A stretch of 64,000 nt of DNA from Octopus sinensis (GCF_006345805.1 NC_043013.1:32116001-32180000), one strand, 5' to 3'; numbered from the stretch's first letter, positions 42,214 through 56,707 are shown. The notes: generated from the letters alone by a model not told the origin. Program-made: numbers and translations.

Positions 42214-42263
<50 letters not shown>

Positions 42264-42265
42264 AA

Positions 42266-42445
42266 ATATTAGGAATAAATCCAAACTTACAGGGAAAAAT
42301 CAGATTTAGGATTGAATCCAATTTTATAGTAAAATATTATATTATATTAAATTAGAGACAAAACCACTATTAGGCAAATCAAACTATGAAAAACTTAAGC
42401 CAATACATAAGATTAATTTATATTATTTAAATATATAACAAAATT
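42266..42445 (-). mobile_element. Solo 3' end of the 35.6-kb pLTR family
   Basis: Reverse complement of 35830-36003; terminus abuts (TA)n. Confidence 0.85.
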
Positions 42446-42452
42446 ATTTAAA

Positions 42453-43514
42453 AAAGTATCATTCGGTGTTGCTTGGGTTTGTTTCGGCCCTTTAGAATTG
42501 GAATTTTTGAAAAGTATAAATTTTGCATTATGCAACTTGTTATTCTCTTCAATTGAACATTTTTCCAGTTGAAATACACCGAAATATGGTGGCACAACAG
42601 TCAAAAATCGTAAGAAAATAGGGATTTTCATAGAAAAAAAGCACCTTTTTGATGTAAATAATTTTTGGTATTAACATCTTCTACAGAATGAAGAGCAAGC
42701 CTTCTTCTATCATACTCTCAATTTTGGTCAACTTGCGCTGCAGGGTCTCGAATGAGATAGTGTTAGTTGAAGGCTACCAAACCTGCACACACAGACAACT
42801 TCAGCTTTATATATATAGATTTGCTACACACTACTTTCCATCCTTAATAATGAAACTTGGTAGATCCAAAAGTTAAACACACAGATACACACACAGACAC
42901 ACAAGTTGAGTTTTATATAGAGAGATTTCTCAACGGGGATTTCAGGGGAGAGTTTCAGGGAGTTGCTGGCGATGTATCGTGATGATCAAAAATCCGGCCT
43001 GCTAAAATTTGGTTAAAGTGATTCAAACTGCAGACTCAACGCAAAATGGTCACATTTAATTGAAAGCGTTAAAAATGTTATGAAAACAATTGGTATGTGT
43101 TCACAAAGTCCAAATGATTAATACGAAAAACCCTCCAGGCTACATCCCGAAAATTTATTTCTTTGCCGATTTTCTACAATGTTTACAGCGATTCGTTTTT
43201 ATATCTTGATTTTTTATTTTTTATGCACGCTTGGTGAACACAGTTCACGTCAAACAGCTTACTGAGTGAAGTTCACTATTCAATGCATGGGATAAGGCCT
43301 AAACAAACACATTATCGATATTTTTTGCACTTACGAGATGAATTTCGGAACAGAAATTGCGCAGTTCAATTTTCATTCGCCTAAACTTAAAGTGACCCAT
43401 TTTTGGTGGTTCTACGATTTGTTGGCTAGGAGGAGATGTGCCGGGACGTTAAACACACAGACACACACACATATACACATACAGATATACAAGTTGAGTT
43501 TTATATATATAGAT
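42453..43514 (-). mobile_element. Cluster of non-autonomous Helitron-like fragments
   Basis: Three TCT(A/C)T(A/C)TATATAAA-type 5' ends on the minus strand at ~42820, 42926 and 43514; decayed 3' hairpin (ttcggtgttgcttggg) at ~42460 resembling that at 59194. Confidence 0.55.
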
Positions 43515-43904
43515 ATATATATGTACATGTATATGCATATGTACATATATATATATTTATATATAATCATATGTATACATATATTATATATAATAAAAGA
43601 ATAAAAGAATATATATATATATACATATGTATATTCTTTATATTATATATTCTTTTATTCTTTTATTTGTTTGTCATTTGGCAGCGGTCATGCTGGAGCA
43701 CCAACTTTAATCTAACAAATCGACAAAGGACTTAACTTTTGCAAGCCCAGTACGTATTCCATCGAGTCTCTTTTGTCAAGGGATGGTGGGAGACAATACA
43801 GACACACAAACACACACACACACACACACACATACACACGTATATATATATATATATATATATTTATTTATTTACTTATTTATTTATTTATTTATTTATA
43901 TTAA

Positions 43905-44055
43905 AAATTTTATGTATTGATTAAGTCTTTCCTTGTTTGTTTTGCAAAATAGTGGTTTTGTCTCGAATTATATTATATAATATTTTACTATAAAATGGAT
44001 TTAATCTAAATCTGATTTTTCCCTGTAAATTTGGATTTATTCCCTAATATTATTA
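43905..44055 (+). mobile_element. Solo 3' end of the 35.6-kb pLTR family
   Basis: tagtggttttgtctc...ctgatttttccctgtaaatttggatttattccctaatattta followed by (TA)n. Confidence 0.85.
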
Positions 44056-44074
44056 TTATTATATATATATAGAT

Positions 44075-44117
<43 letters not shown>

Positions 44118-44123
44118 TATATA

Positions 44124-44280
44124 TGACGGGCTTCTTTCAGTTTCCGTCTACCAAATCCACTCACAAGGCTTTGTTCGCCAGAGGCTATAGTAGAAGACAC
44201 ATGCCCAAGATGCTACGCTGTGGACTAAACCCCGAATCATGTGGTTGAGAAGCAAGCTTCTTACCACACAACCACGCCTA
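44124..44280 (-). mobile_element. SINE family B head
   Basis: gacgggcttctttcagtttccgtctaccaaatccactcacaaggc...cttaccacacaaccacgcc. Confidence 0.9.
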
Positions 44281-44335
44281 TATTAGTGACGACTATATGT
44301 ATATGTATGTAATTAGTAATGACTATATATATATA

Positions 44336-44378
<43 letters not shown>

Positions 44379-45769
44379 ACTAATTGTGTCTGTGTATGCT
44401 ACAAGCTCATATATTGCTAGAAATAAAGTAAAACTACTTATAGCTGCTATAAGTAAAACTATTAGTAAAACTACTTATAGCACATTTATATATATATATA
44501 TATAATACTGACAGGGTAGATAACTGCTTCATGACTGAAGCAAAGTTAGAACACTTGACTGCACAGTTCCATCCTAATGGGAATGGTAAACAGTGTGCCT
44601 CCTTATATATACAGCAGTTTGGACTACCTCTACTCATTTAACACCTGATATCATTTATACTCTGTAAATCGGACTATTTTACATCCATAGTCATGTATAT
44701 TTTTTCTATTAATGTATTTAATATTCTGTGTAAATCGACTTGCCTAACTTGCCTCTCAATACATTTACTTATATATATATATATGTATATATATATATTA
44801 TATATATATATATTATTATATATATATGAATTTGTCCCTGTTTCTTTGTAAATATGTACATGTATACCAGACATTAAGGAGAGATGCTTCCGGAGGCTAA
44901 ATGTTGAGGAAGTTATTTCTGATGACCAATAGAAAAACTTAAATGATTCCTAGATTATTCCTTGTTATTCCACTCCATGTAAATACTTACTGCCTTATCG
45001 TAAAACACAACCAAACATTGGAACAAACTTTATTGGATAGTGTGTAGGTTACAACTAGAGCCTTCAGCATCGGTTGTAATTATGCTATCTGACAGCGAGC
45101 TGTGACAATATTAGTGTCTATAATTTATTTCTTTTTAAGAGAAGATAAGGTGTGATATGAGCAAGAATTAATAGCTATTTCTAGCGTGTCCGAAGGCTAC
45201 ATAGAGAATTGTAATTAGCTTCCGTTATTACATGCTTTCTTTTAGATAAGGAATGTGTTATGTAATATACATAATATAGTTTTGTAATTTTATTTACACG
45301 TGATTTCTTTAACATACCTTTTATATTAAAGGATATCATGTGCATATAAAATTACATTAGTATTTCGGTTATTAGCTGTGCTTAAATTTCAATCTAAATT
45401 TCACTCTGGGAGTGTATCAGGTGAAGAAAAAGCTTGTCTCATTTAAAAATCTATTTTGTTATAATTTGTTAAAGCCCGTTTTGTTTCGAGAGATTACACC
45501 TTATACAACAGTAATTAGTTTAACAGTGTATTAAGGAAACGATGATTATATCATAAGCCAGCCAACCTGATGTCTCTAGTTGACTTATACATGTTGAAAA
45601 CATCAGCTCTGACACAGATATCTTCAACACATTCTCTTAAGTACCCAAGTCTTTCAATAACTTATTCAGCATTAGAGCTATGAGAGAGAGTCCAATTAAC
45701 CTACAGTCATCGCCCAATGTTATGTGTATGTGCAACCCCATGTATATTTACGTCAACGTGTTCATCATT

Positions 45770-45801
<32 letters not shown>

Positions 45802-45924
45802 CGTGCGTGCATGTGTGTGTGTGTATGCGTGTCTTTGTGTGTGTGTACTTATGTGCATACAGTTTCTGGCCAGAAGCCTAATTCCGAGCGTGCATATATG
45901 TATGTTTGTGTATGTATGTGTTGA

Positions 45925-46255
45925 AGGCGCATGGCTCAGTGGTTAGAGCGTCGGGCTCACAACCATGAGGTAGTGAGTTCGATTCCAGGACTGGTATGTG
46001 TGTTGTGTTGTTGAGCAAGACACTTTATTTCACGTTGCTCTAGTTAACTCAGCTGTAGAAATGAGTTACGACATCACTGATACCAAAGCTGTATCGGCCT
46101 TTGCAGTTCCCTTGGATAACATTGGTGCACAGGGGAGGCTGGTATGCATGGGTGACTGCTGGTCTTCTATAAACAATCTTGCCCGGACCTGTGCCTTGGA
46201 GGAGAAATTTTGTAGATGCAATCCCATGGTCATTCATGATCGAAGAGGGTCCTTT
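45925..46255 (+). mobile_element. SINE family C, tail type 3
   Basis: ggcgcatggctcagtggttagagcg (A box), gagttcgattcc (B box), ttgagcaagacactt; tail shared with 50955-51285. Confidence 0.88.
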
Positions 46256-46794
46256 TTCTTCTTTCTTAGTACATGCATGTGAATAAAATTATTGATAAGT
46301 TACATGCCACAGCCGTTAACCCGGCCAATACATGTGTCTACGAGTATGAATGTATATGCATATATATGTGCATATATATAAATATTTACAATACGGAGCA
46401 AATTATTCAGAAGTAAATATTTGCGAAGATATTATTAACTCTATTATTATCTAGTGTAACAATTAAAATGATAATTACAGAATCAATAATATAGGCGATT
46501 GCAAACCCCCAAAAAGCATTAAATAGCTGAAGGATTAAAATTAATCGAAGGACATACTTAGTATGTCCTTTGATTAATCATAAATATATACATATATGTG
46601 GGGGGGTGTACGTTTGTGTGGCCTGCCTCTCCTCCAGTTACGACGATGTGTGTTCCACTTGCTTGCATTTACCGAACAACTTGCCTGTGAAATTAACGTG
46701 TAACAGACATGCATACCCAAAACATAGTTCTCAGAGAGATTCAGCGACACACAGATTGTGGAAAGGCTGGCCTTTCTGAAGTGCGGATACAAAA

Positions 46795-46916
46795 CATTTT
46801 TGCCAGCTGAGTGGACTAGAATAATGAGATAAGTATCTTGTTCAAGGAGACAACGCACCACGAGGAATCGAACTCACGACTTTACGGTCATGAGTCGAAT
46901 ACCCTAACCACTGAGC
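46795..46916 (-). mobile_element. SINE family C head fragment
   Basis: ggaatcgaactcacg...ccctaaccactgagc. Confidence 0.75.
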
Positions 46917-47047
46917 ATATATACATACATATATAGAAATGTGTGTGTTTCGCGCACGCGTATATGCATGTGTATGTATTATGAATGTATATATATATAT
47001 ATATACATATGAAATACACACACACACACTCACACATACTTACATAC

Positions 47048-47108
<61 letters not shown>

Positions 47109-47274
47109 TATAGAAATATATATTGTGTGCGCGCAGACGTGCGTATATGTGTGTGTGTATGTATCTCCCCCTTTCGTTTTCTCTCTCATCCCTTCTCTTA
47201 TTCTTTTTCTCCCTTTCACTGTTTTCTATCTCTCTCCCTCTTCCTCCTTTACTCTCTCTCTCTCTCTCTCGTTG

Positions 47275-47785
47275 CTCACACGTGACCATCGTCTATCTTT
47301 CTTTTCCTCACGTGATCATCTTCCTTTTCCTTCAATCTGTCGCACAGACCAGGCGCATTCTTATCAGTCTCCTCTCGTACCTTTTCTCTTATTAAAGAAT
47401 ATTCCTCTAACGTTCGCAACCTTACCTCGTCTGGCCAAACGGCCCTCCCTCATTGTTTTTGCTTGGTTTGTTGTATGTCTCCACTGTCCTGAATTTGTTA
47501 CCAGCTTTGACCCTCCGCAAAATCCCAAATTTTATTTTGTTTCGCAGGAGCAACTGTTTTCGAAGCCACATATTGTCGGGAATTGCTCGAAGTGTGAAGT
47601 AGATAAACAGCCGGCAACTGATGAAGGGTCGTTCTTTATGTTACTTGTCTTGTTTTCCATTTGTTTCTCTCGATGTTCGCATTCCCTGGTTTGCTTTCGT
47701 ATTTCATGTTGTTTTCGTATTTCATAATCTATGTCGCTTTTGTGTTTCATGTTGTTTACGTTTTGTGGCGTCCTGCACCCATATG
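47275..47785 (+). mobile_element. Retroelement-like 3' end, family shared with 49880-50058
   Basis: Both have aaacagcc..ctgatgaagggtcgttctttat..ttgtcttgttttccatttg and end gtcctg(c/t)(a/g)ccc..atatg(TA)n. Confidence 0.6.
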
Positions 47786-47867
<82 letters not shown>

Positions 47868-47970
47868 ATGTATGTATGTATGTACATATATGTATGTATA
47901 TATACATATATAATCATATATTATTTATATTATTATATGACTGAACACCAACCATCCATTTCCAAGTAAG

Positions 47971-48020
<50 letters not shown>

Positions 48021-48615
48021 GCGCGTGGTTTACAAGAAATTGTTTGTCTACCCGTTGATATTTCGTGAGAATTTTTTCTTTAATTCCATGTGCTTTCTTT
48101 CTTTCCATTAACAGATCTGAATCAAATTGCGATTTTGGATTAATTAACTTAATTTTTTTTTTTAATTCAACAATGAAATCTCTTGGGTTTACAAAAAATT
48201 TTCGATGAATTTACAAGCGGGCAAGTCATCAATACCTACAAGCAAAGTCCAATCGAGAAGCACTTACCTTCCTCGTTATTAATCGTCACGCAATGAATAA
48301 CATAGACGAGAGTTGTATTGAAGAAGTCTTCTGAGCGTAAAAGATACTTAGATGTCTTTTCTAAAGTTTCTGAGATGGCAAAAAGGATAGTTAAGAAGGG
48401 ATTACTCAAATTTTATGCAGAAATGTTGCAAATTCTATACAGGTATCGTTATATTATGCAATAGCTGTATTGAAATATCTTCGATGTAAACGAAGAGTTT
48501 CAAGAAGGGAGCCAATGGCTTCAAAAGCTAAGACCGAAAATTTCTGCCACGTGGAAGATGAATTTTGATCAAACTCTGCCAATTTTCCAGTTCACAACAG
48601 ATATATATACACACG

Positions 48616-48692
<77 letters not shown>

Positions 48693-48869
48693 GACAAGAA
48701 AAGAGGAACTAGATTGTTTGCAACAAACAGTTAAATATGAAGATATTTGAGTTAACGTGTCAGAAGAAAGGTTTGAGAGTCAGATATATAAGAGATAATT
48801 TTATTAAAGGACCTCAAAAGTCAAATATTAGTACTTGTTATCCATTGATTTCAGAATACATTTTGATAA

Positions 48870-49195
48870 GATCGCTACTCCTTTCTAATAAGACAGCGTC
48901 CTCTCATGCCATACCAGCATGATATCACAATCTTGGCAGAGAAATTATAGAATCGAATCTCTGAACCGTGTTACTCGAAGCTCCAATCTTAATCCGATTG
49001 AGCACGTATGGGAATATCTTTATCGAAGGTTGTTGGCAAGATTGGCCAAAATTACATTAATTACAGAGCCGAAAGAAGCATTAAACCGAAGAGTGGATAA
49101 ACATCGATCAATCTGTCATTGATAATTTAATCACCTCTATGCCTAATCGGGTGAAAGCTGTGATATTAGTAAAAGAAAGACCTACAAAATAATGA
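48870..49195 (+). mobile_element. Tc1-like transposase C-terminal relic
   Basis: RSSNLNPIEHVWEYL (cf. SPDLNPIEHVW) and IDNLITSMPNRVKAVI. Confidence 0.85.
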
Positions 49196-49506
49196 GACAA
49201 ACTTTGATTCCTCTTGGATAATTTTTCATAAAGTTATTACAAATTAACGTTGCGTTTTATTACTTTGGTAATAAAGATATTGTAGGTCACTATTTATTTG
49301 TACGTTGGGCTTTTAAATAATTTAGATAAGCAGGAATAGAAGGTGTCTATACGGCTGCGAAGGTATGAAAAGGCAAATATAGGCTTGTATATACGAAAGT
49401 ATGACTGTCTGCATACGCATGTGTGCGGGTGGGGCCGCTTGTCTATGTGTGTGTGCGTTTGTGTGCGTTTGTGTGCATGTGTGTATACATAGATAGTTAG
49501 ATAGAC

Positions 49507-49613
<107 letters not shown>

Positions 49614-49644
49614 CAGATAGATAGATAGATAGATAGATACTTAC

Positions 49645-49888
49645 ACGTGGCCTAATGGTTGCAGTCACGATCGCTAGATCGTGGGTGAGGTTCCCTGACT
49701 GGACGGCGCGTTGTGTTCTTGAGCAAATCACTTCATTTCACGTTGCTCCAGGCCCCCTTTCGATCAGAGGGCGGAATGTTGGCTTTCTCACCCAGCCAAT
49801 GGGGTGGCATCATTCAAAGGCTAAAGACGCAAAGCGTATTATGACTAGCGATGTAGAACGGCATTTCATAGTCCGGTTGGTCACGTGA
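49645..49888 (+). mobile_element. SINE family C, tail type 4
   Basis: gtggcctaatggtt head, gtgttcttgagcaaatcacttcatttcacgttgctcc core, different tail. Confidence 0.7.
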
Positions 49889-50064
49889 CGAGAGTAGAGT
49901 AGAAAAACAGCCATCTGATGAAGGGTCGTTCTTTATACTCTTTGTCTTGTTTTCCATTTGTGTTTTGCGTTGTTCGAAAAAATAGTTCATATTCTATGTA
50001 CTCGTACATCGTATTTTTTGTTGTACACATTTCGTGAGGTCCTGTGCCCGCATATGCATATATA

Positions 50065-50119
<55 letters not shown>

Positions 50120-50406
50120 TATATATATATACATATAGATATAAGTATATACATATCAGTATGTATATATGCATATATATATTATTTATATTATTTATAT
50201 ATATATTAGTACTATGGGTAGCTTATTCTCAATTTTACACGCTAAAGGCAGAAATATAAACGTCTCTAAAGTGACTAAGGGCAGTAGTCAGCAGCAGTAT
50301 TGCTAGAAATCAGAGTCAAAACAACTCAATAGTTACGAAAATCACTATCTCAACAACTGGCAAGGGAGGCAACCTCCCTACAGTAGCGGGCATAGCCAAA
50401 TCATCA

Positions 50407-50438
<32 letters not shown>

Positions 50439-50954
50439 TAGCTGGATGTGCGTGCGTGCGTGCGTGCGTGCGTGCATGCGTGCGTGTGTGGGGGGTGCGT
50501 GCGTGTGTGGGGGGTGCGTGCGTGCGTGCATGCGTGCGTGTGTGTGTGTGTGTGTGTGTGTGTAATGTTCAGCATTTACACGCAACTTCAATGTGCTTTG
50601 TTGTTTTGATGATTGACCAACTAAACACTTACCCTCAAAACCACTGGAGATTCTCTTGACCAATTCTTGAATATCATATTCTACAAGCTGTCAACTCACG
50701 GAAATGGTAGTGAGTGAATTCTCAGCAACACATGCGATTCCCACGAAGCTATTTAAATCACTTTTGCTAATTATCCCTGACATTTTTAACAGTATTCATT
50801 CTGAGATGCGCCCAGCCTTTTAACTCCGTTCCTCATTCATTGTATAAAAACAGCCTTCGGCAATAATATGATTGCCTGCCAATCATATAAATGATACTTT
50901 CCTTCCTAAATCAGTAATACACCAAAATGATGTATAACATATGTGTAGTTAAGA

Positions 50955-51285
50955 CGCATAGCTCAGTGGTTAGAGCTTCGGGCTCGCAATTATGTAGCAG
51001 TGAGTTCGATTTCCTGACCGGGCTAGGTTATGTTTTCTTGAGCCAGACAACTTTATTGTTACGTTGCACCAGTTGACTCAGATGTAGAAATGAGTTGTGA
51101 TATCACTGGTACCAAGTTGTATCGGCGTTTGCCTTCCTCTTGGATTACTTCGGTGGCGTGGGGGGGAGGAGTCTGGCATGCGTGGGCGACTGCTGGTCTT
51201 CCATAAATAAAGTTGCTCGGACTTGTGCCTCGGGGCGATAATTTCTAGGTGCAATCGCATGTTCAGTCATGACCGAAGGGAGTCC
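50955..51285 (+). mobile_element. SINE family C, tail type 3
   Basis: Collinear with 45925-46255. Confidence 0.85.
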
Positions 51286-51622
51286 TTACGTTTTTATTTA
51301 TAGTATATGTGTTTGCATCTTTGTATATACATATACATACAAGTACATACACATACGTGTACACACACACATACGTGTACACACATACATACATACATAC
51401 ATAATACATACATACATACACATACATACACACACACATACATACATACATACATACTTACATACATCCACATACATACATACATACATACTTACGCACA
51501 CACATACATACATACATACATACATACATACATACATACATACATACATAAGCACATACATAAGACGTTTTGCGATGCGTGAGTAACTTTAGATAAATAT
51601 TTGAGATATTTCTAGAAAGTAA

Positions 51623-52909
51623 TAGAAGGGTATCAAAAGTTATCCGCACTTTCACAAAATCCTTGGTGAGATTGGCAGCGTTGCGTTCAGTCTTCCCAAG
51701 CAAAAATGTGGTACTTTTCTGAGTACATAACCGAAGTTTGATCATCATTGCTCCAGGTTTCTTTCCTGTGTTGCGGAGTAAACATAGCCGCTCCGCTATC
51801 AGTGTGCATCAAAGAAGAACAGAGACCAGTGATCCGATTTCTCTGGTCTGAAAGTGTGTTCAGGGGCTGAAATTCAGCACAGGCTTTCAGTACAATACGG
51901 GACAGTTCTCTATAGCATAGAAGTGTGTATGAGTGGATCGAGAAGCTGAAAAATGGCGGGACAAGCGTGAAACACGAAGAGAGAGCAGGAGGCGCATCAA
52001 TTTCTGCCACTGACGTGAAGACTCGACAAGCTCGAGAAATGGTTCTGGTGAACCGACGAGTGACCATCGATGGTATGTTCTCTAAAAATTAGTCATGGTT
52101 CTGCATACGAAATCGTTCACGACAAGGTTTACTTCCGTAAAATTTGTACGAGATGAATGTCGAGAGATCTTGCCGAAGTGCATAAGCGCAATCGTATGGC
52201 GATCTGTCAACGCCCTCTTTGCCGCTACAAAGATCAAGGGAAGATGTTTTTGGAGAGAACAATTACAGGAGAAGGGACCTGGTTTCATCACTTTGAGTCA
52301 AAGTCCAAAGTTTGGAATGGAAACACTCGAAATCGCCTGCGAAAAAGAAACTCAAGACTCAACTACCCGCAAAAAAAGTGATGCGAATCGTTTATTGGGA
52401 CGACTGGAACATTAACGGGAAGAAAGGTGTACAGTCACCAATGTAGGCTACAGTGAAACGCTGGCCAACAAACTGAAAACAACAATTCTTACCAAACGCC
52501 GAAGTCTCTTGACAAAACTAGTATTATTGTTGTACGACAATGCTTACCCATATACGGCAGCCCACGCCACTGAAACCATTCAAAGATGCGGTATTGCGTT
52601 GCTGAGATACCCTACATACTGTGTAGGTTTCGCTCCTTTCGGCTATAACCACTTTGGACTCATTAAACTTTCTTTACGACGTCGTTGATTTGATACAGAC
52701 AAAGATGGCAGGAATCTGTATATAAATGGCTGCCCGACCATCTAGAAACCTCATTCTCCCATGGAATAAGCAAGCTTCAGAACCCTTGGGATAAGTGCAT
52801 TGAAAAGCATGGCGACTATGTAGAGAAATGATGCAATTGTTCAATCCCTGCTTTTGTTTTAATAAATTACAGAAATAAGAGCGCGTACAATTTTTGACTT
52901 ACTCTCGTA
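51623..52909 (+). mobile_element. Full-length (~1.29 kb) degenerate mariner transposon
   Basis: EQRPVIRFLWSE..SVYEWIEKLKNGGTSV, RTITGEGTWFHHFE, YDNAYPYTA, YPTYCVGFAPFGYNHFG, WDKCIEKHGDYVEK*; decayed TIRs (aagggtatcaaaagttatccgcact / gcgcgtacaatttttgacttactctcgta). Confidence 0.92.
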
Positions 52910-54164
52910 AAAAGCTATTTGGAAGTAGTGTCACCAGTTGGATCGATCTCAAATTATTGTTGGGAATTATTTTATCAACGCCAGTAGACACAAAATAACG
53001 ATGACATTTGAAAGGATATAAACTGATAATATACGTTAATCAATCTAAATAATCTAGCATATTAAACCTACTGCAAATATTGTTTCTCAGTCAAGTGACC
53101 TGGTTAGTATTAAGAACAACAAATTATTCAAAACTAGTTCCACATGCCATGATTTTTCATACATCAATTTTAAAGGAAACACTTAAAATAATAAAGAAAG
53201 TGATTAATTTTTCGTCTTAGGTTGAAGTGTCATTCGATAAGATCTAAATAGTAAGAACATAAATCATTCAATGCAGTATTAAATTATCTCATAAAACTCT
53301 AAACCCTTTCAATTTGTAGCATTCTGTTCAACGAAGATAATTAATTCCATAATGTAAAAATAATTATCGAATTGAAAAACAGTTTAGTCATTGAACTATT
53401 TTCTCGTAAAAATGCAATCACTTCCTTTGAAAGAAAAGATTTTAAAATTTAATCTGAATTTAAATTATTCTCCAGTGTCACTGAGCTAGTTTTGATGTTC
53501 ATGCTAATTGAATCGACATAATCACACATCAGTTTAATGATGCGGAAGTTTTAGGATATTCTATAACAATTATCGTTGAAATTTACATGTTCGAAAATAA
53601 CAATTATTTTATAAAAATTTACATGTTGGAAAATCGGAGGAACCAACAAAACAATATTTTTGTGCGGATTCATATTGTTATTGTTTCTCAGACGATAATA
53701 CTCTTTTACATAAATTTTATTAGTGAACTTTGTAGAGCAGAATGTAAACAACCGAAAAATAGAATACTTGTCAGTAACAGTTCCCATTTATCTCTCTCAA
53801 ACTATTTTCTGCTGTTTTGTATTCTTAAGCGGAGAGCATACATGAGAATTCTTTCTAAATAAGGCCAGCAATTTTGGAGGGGGAGCCAGTTATATCACCC
53901 TCAGAACTTAGCTAGCCCGTATTTTATCAACCCCAAAACAATGAACAGTAATATCAATCTTGGTGGCATTTCGATTCAGAACATAAAGAGCCGGAAGAAA
54001 TACTGCTAAGAATTTTGTTCGGTTTGGTAACTATTGTGTCAGCTCACTGCAAACAAGATAATGGCGCCCGGAATACCTTTGATCACAGATTTTCAAAATC
54101 AGAGATTATCTGGGGCAACATGCTTCCTAGAACCCTAAGTTCATAGCATAGTTTCGATATATAT

Positions 54165-54330
54165 AGGCGCAGAGGTGGCTGTATGGTAAGAAGTTTGCTC
54201 CCGGGTTCAGTCCGACTGCATGGCACCTTGGGCAAGTATCTTCTACTATAGTCTCGGGCCGACCAAAGCCTTGTGAGTGGATTTGGTAGACAGAAAATGA
54301 AACAAGCCCGTCCTATATAATGTATATATT

Positions 54331-54366
<36 letters not shown>

Positions 54367-54607
54367 CGCATATATCTATGTTCGTGTCTTTGTATCTATT
54401 TGCCGCACTACCACTCGACAACCGGTGTTGGTGTGTTTACGCCCCCGTAACTTAGCGGTTCGGTGAAAGAGACGAATAGAATAAGTGCCTGGCTTTAAAA
54501 AGTAACTTAAGAACCGGGAGTCGATTTTTTCGACTGCGGCTCCTTCAAGACGGTACCCTAACATGGCCGCAGTTAAAAATGATTTATACAAGTAAAGGAT
54601 AAAAGAC
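54165..54607 (+). mobile_element. SINE family B
   Basis: aggcgcagaggtggctgtatggtaagaag...catggccgcagtt. Confidence 0.9.
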
Positions 54608-54695
54608 ACATGTCAAGATACCTCCTCAATATGAAAACTCATTTTTGCATCTCTCATCCGCTTTAATTCCTTTTCTTATGTGTCTCTCCTTACAC

Positions 54696-54744
<49 letters not shown>

Positions 54745-55128
54745 ACACAGATAAGCATTCGCATACAAAATAAAAGCAAGCATAACCAGATTTGAACTCG
54801 TGTTCTGTGATCTGGTTATGCCTTACTTCGGCTACTCTGACTCTCGCAATTACAAATGTCTGTGCGCGTATGTGCAATATATGCGTGAGACATTATTACG
54901 TAACGCATTATCTTAGAACAAGTAATGCTTTTGCCATGCTTTTGTTGTGACGTCCCTTTAAATCCACTTTTGCCGGTCGATAAATTCATTATTCTTCTCA
55001 ATAGTTCTGTAATATTCATGTTTTATGCCTCACACTCTTTCTTTATTTCTCTCTTTTTCTTTTCTTCTGTGGCTTCCGCTGTATGTACACATGTATATCA
55101 CGAAACAGTACATTATACATACATACAT

Positions 55129-55161
<33 letters not shown>

Positions 55162-55187
55162 TATATATATATTATATATATATATAT

Positions 55188-55225
<38 letters not shown>

Positions 55226-55278
55226 ATATGTATATATGTATATACGCAATATATATATTATATATATACATATACATA

Positions 55279-55325
<47 letters not shown>

Positions 55326-55379
55326 AATATATATAAATATATATATGTAATATATATAATATATATATGTATATATAAA

Positions 55380-55687
55380 ATATGGTTATCCGTAATAATG
55401 AAGGGTGAAATTAATTAATTTGGAAAAATTATCAATTACACCAAGTAGTCTTCGGCATGTAAAAGCCTCATTCGAGGAAAATTTAAGTAATACTAAGCAA
55501 TAAGGGTTTAGCAACGAGTTGCCTTACCACATACCGAATTTAGAAATAGCAGTCAAAGGGTTATAGCTATTTCTTCTACTAAAAAGTAGAAGAAATAGTA
55601 GAAGAAATAGCTATAACCCTTTGACTGCTATTTCTAAATTCGGTATGTGGTAAGGCAACTCGTTGCTAAACCCTTATTGCTTAGTAT
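55380..55687 (-). repeat. Palindrome (~91-bp arms, 55490-55580 / 55597-55687) plus ~110-bp one-sided extension within (TA)n
   Basis: atactaagcaataagggtttagcaacgagttgcc.. / ..ggcaactcgttgctaaacccttattgcttagtat; agtagaagaaat duplicated in the spacer. Confidence 0.9.
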
Positions 55688-55735
55688 ATGTATATATATG
55701 TAATATATATGTATATATATATATAATATGTAAGG

Positions 55736-55770
<35 letters not shown>

Positions 55771-55780
55771 ATATGTAAGG

Positions 55781-55817
<37 letters not shown>

Positions 55818-55855
55818 ATATGTAAGGATATATATATATACATATTATATATATA

Positions 55856-55901
<46 letters not shown>

Positions 55902-56182
55902 TTTACCATAGATACATATACATTATATGTATTCTTGCCTAGGAGCTATGAGTGGTGCACGTGTACATGTGTAGTTGGGTGTTATATCTGTTTAAGCCTG
56001 GATATATTTCTAAATACCGTATTTTCATTTCCGGTAGGCGTTAAACATATTTTATTTGCTCATGGGCAAGATATGAATACTACGTGTGTTTGTTAAAATA
56101 AGGAAGAAAGATAAATTAAGTAACAAGAATTCTTTTTTCCACATCTTATTCTCGATTTTGAGGCGTTTTTATTTAATGTCAC

Positions 56183-56275
<93 letters not shown>

Positions 56276-56707
56276 GTTATTCGACCTTCACCGCTTGTGC
56301 TCCTACTTTTTCCAACTTTCTTTTTTCTTTTTCTCTTCTTATCCGCTTCATCCTTTTTACCTCTTCCATTTCTACCTTCTTTATCTATTATTAGCAAATC
56401 TACTTTCGCTTTGAAATCTTCTACTTCTTTTAGTTCTTTCTCGATCTCTCTGTTGTACGACGGCTTTGTTCTTCCCATTTCCTTTGTCGTGCGCATTTCT
56501 AATAACATCATAACTCATGAATCACCCGTTCGTCTTCTCTATCCTATTATTGATATCTCTCCCTCTCGATTTCTCCCGTGATCTCCATCTCTGTATCTGC
56601 ACTGCACATATACATTATATATACACACATAGAGACACACATACTCACACACATGCATGTGTGTGTGTATGCGTGCGTATATATACCTATATATCTATAT
56701 ATACATA

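Noticed and set aside
45925-46000. tRNA genes at SINE heads (also 4838, 50955, 58650)
   Set aside because: A and B boxes are present but they run into SINE cores and lack a clean cloverleaf.
56179-56581. Lys/Glu-rich minus ORF
   Set aside because: Low-complexity purine-rich tract running into (GATA)n; no motif or splice support.
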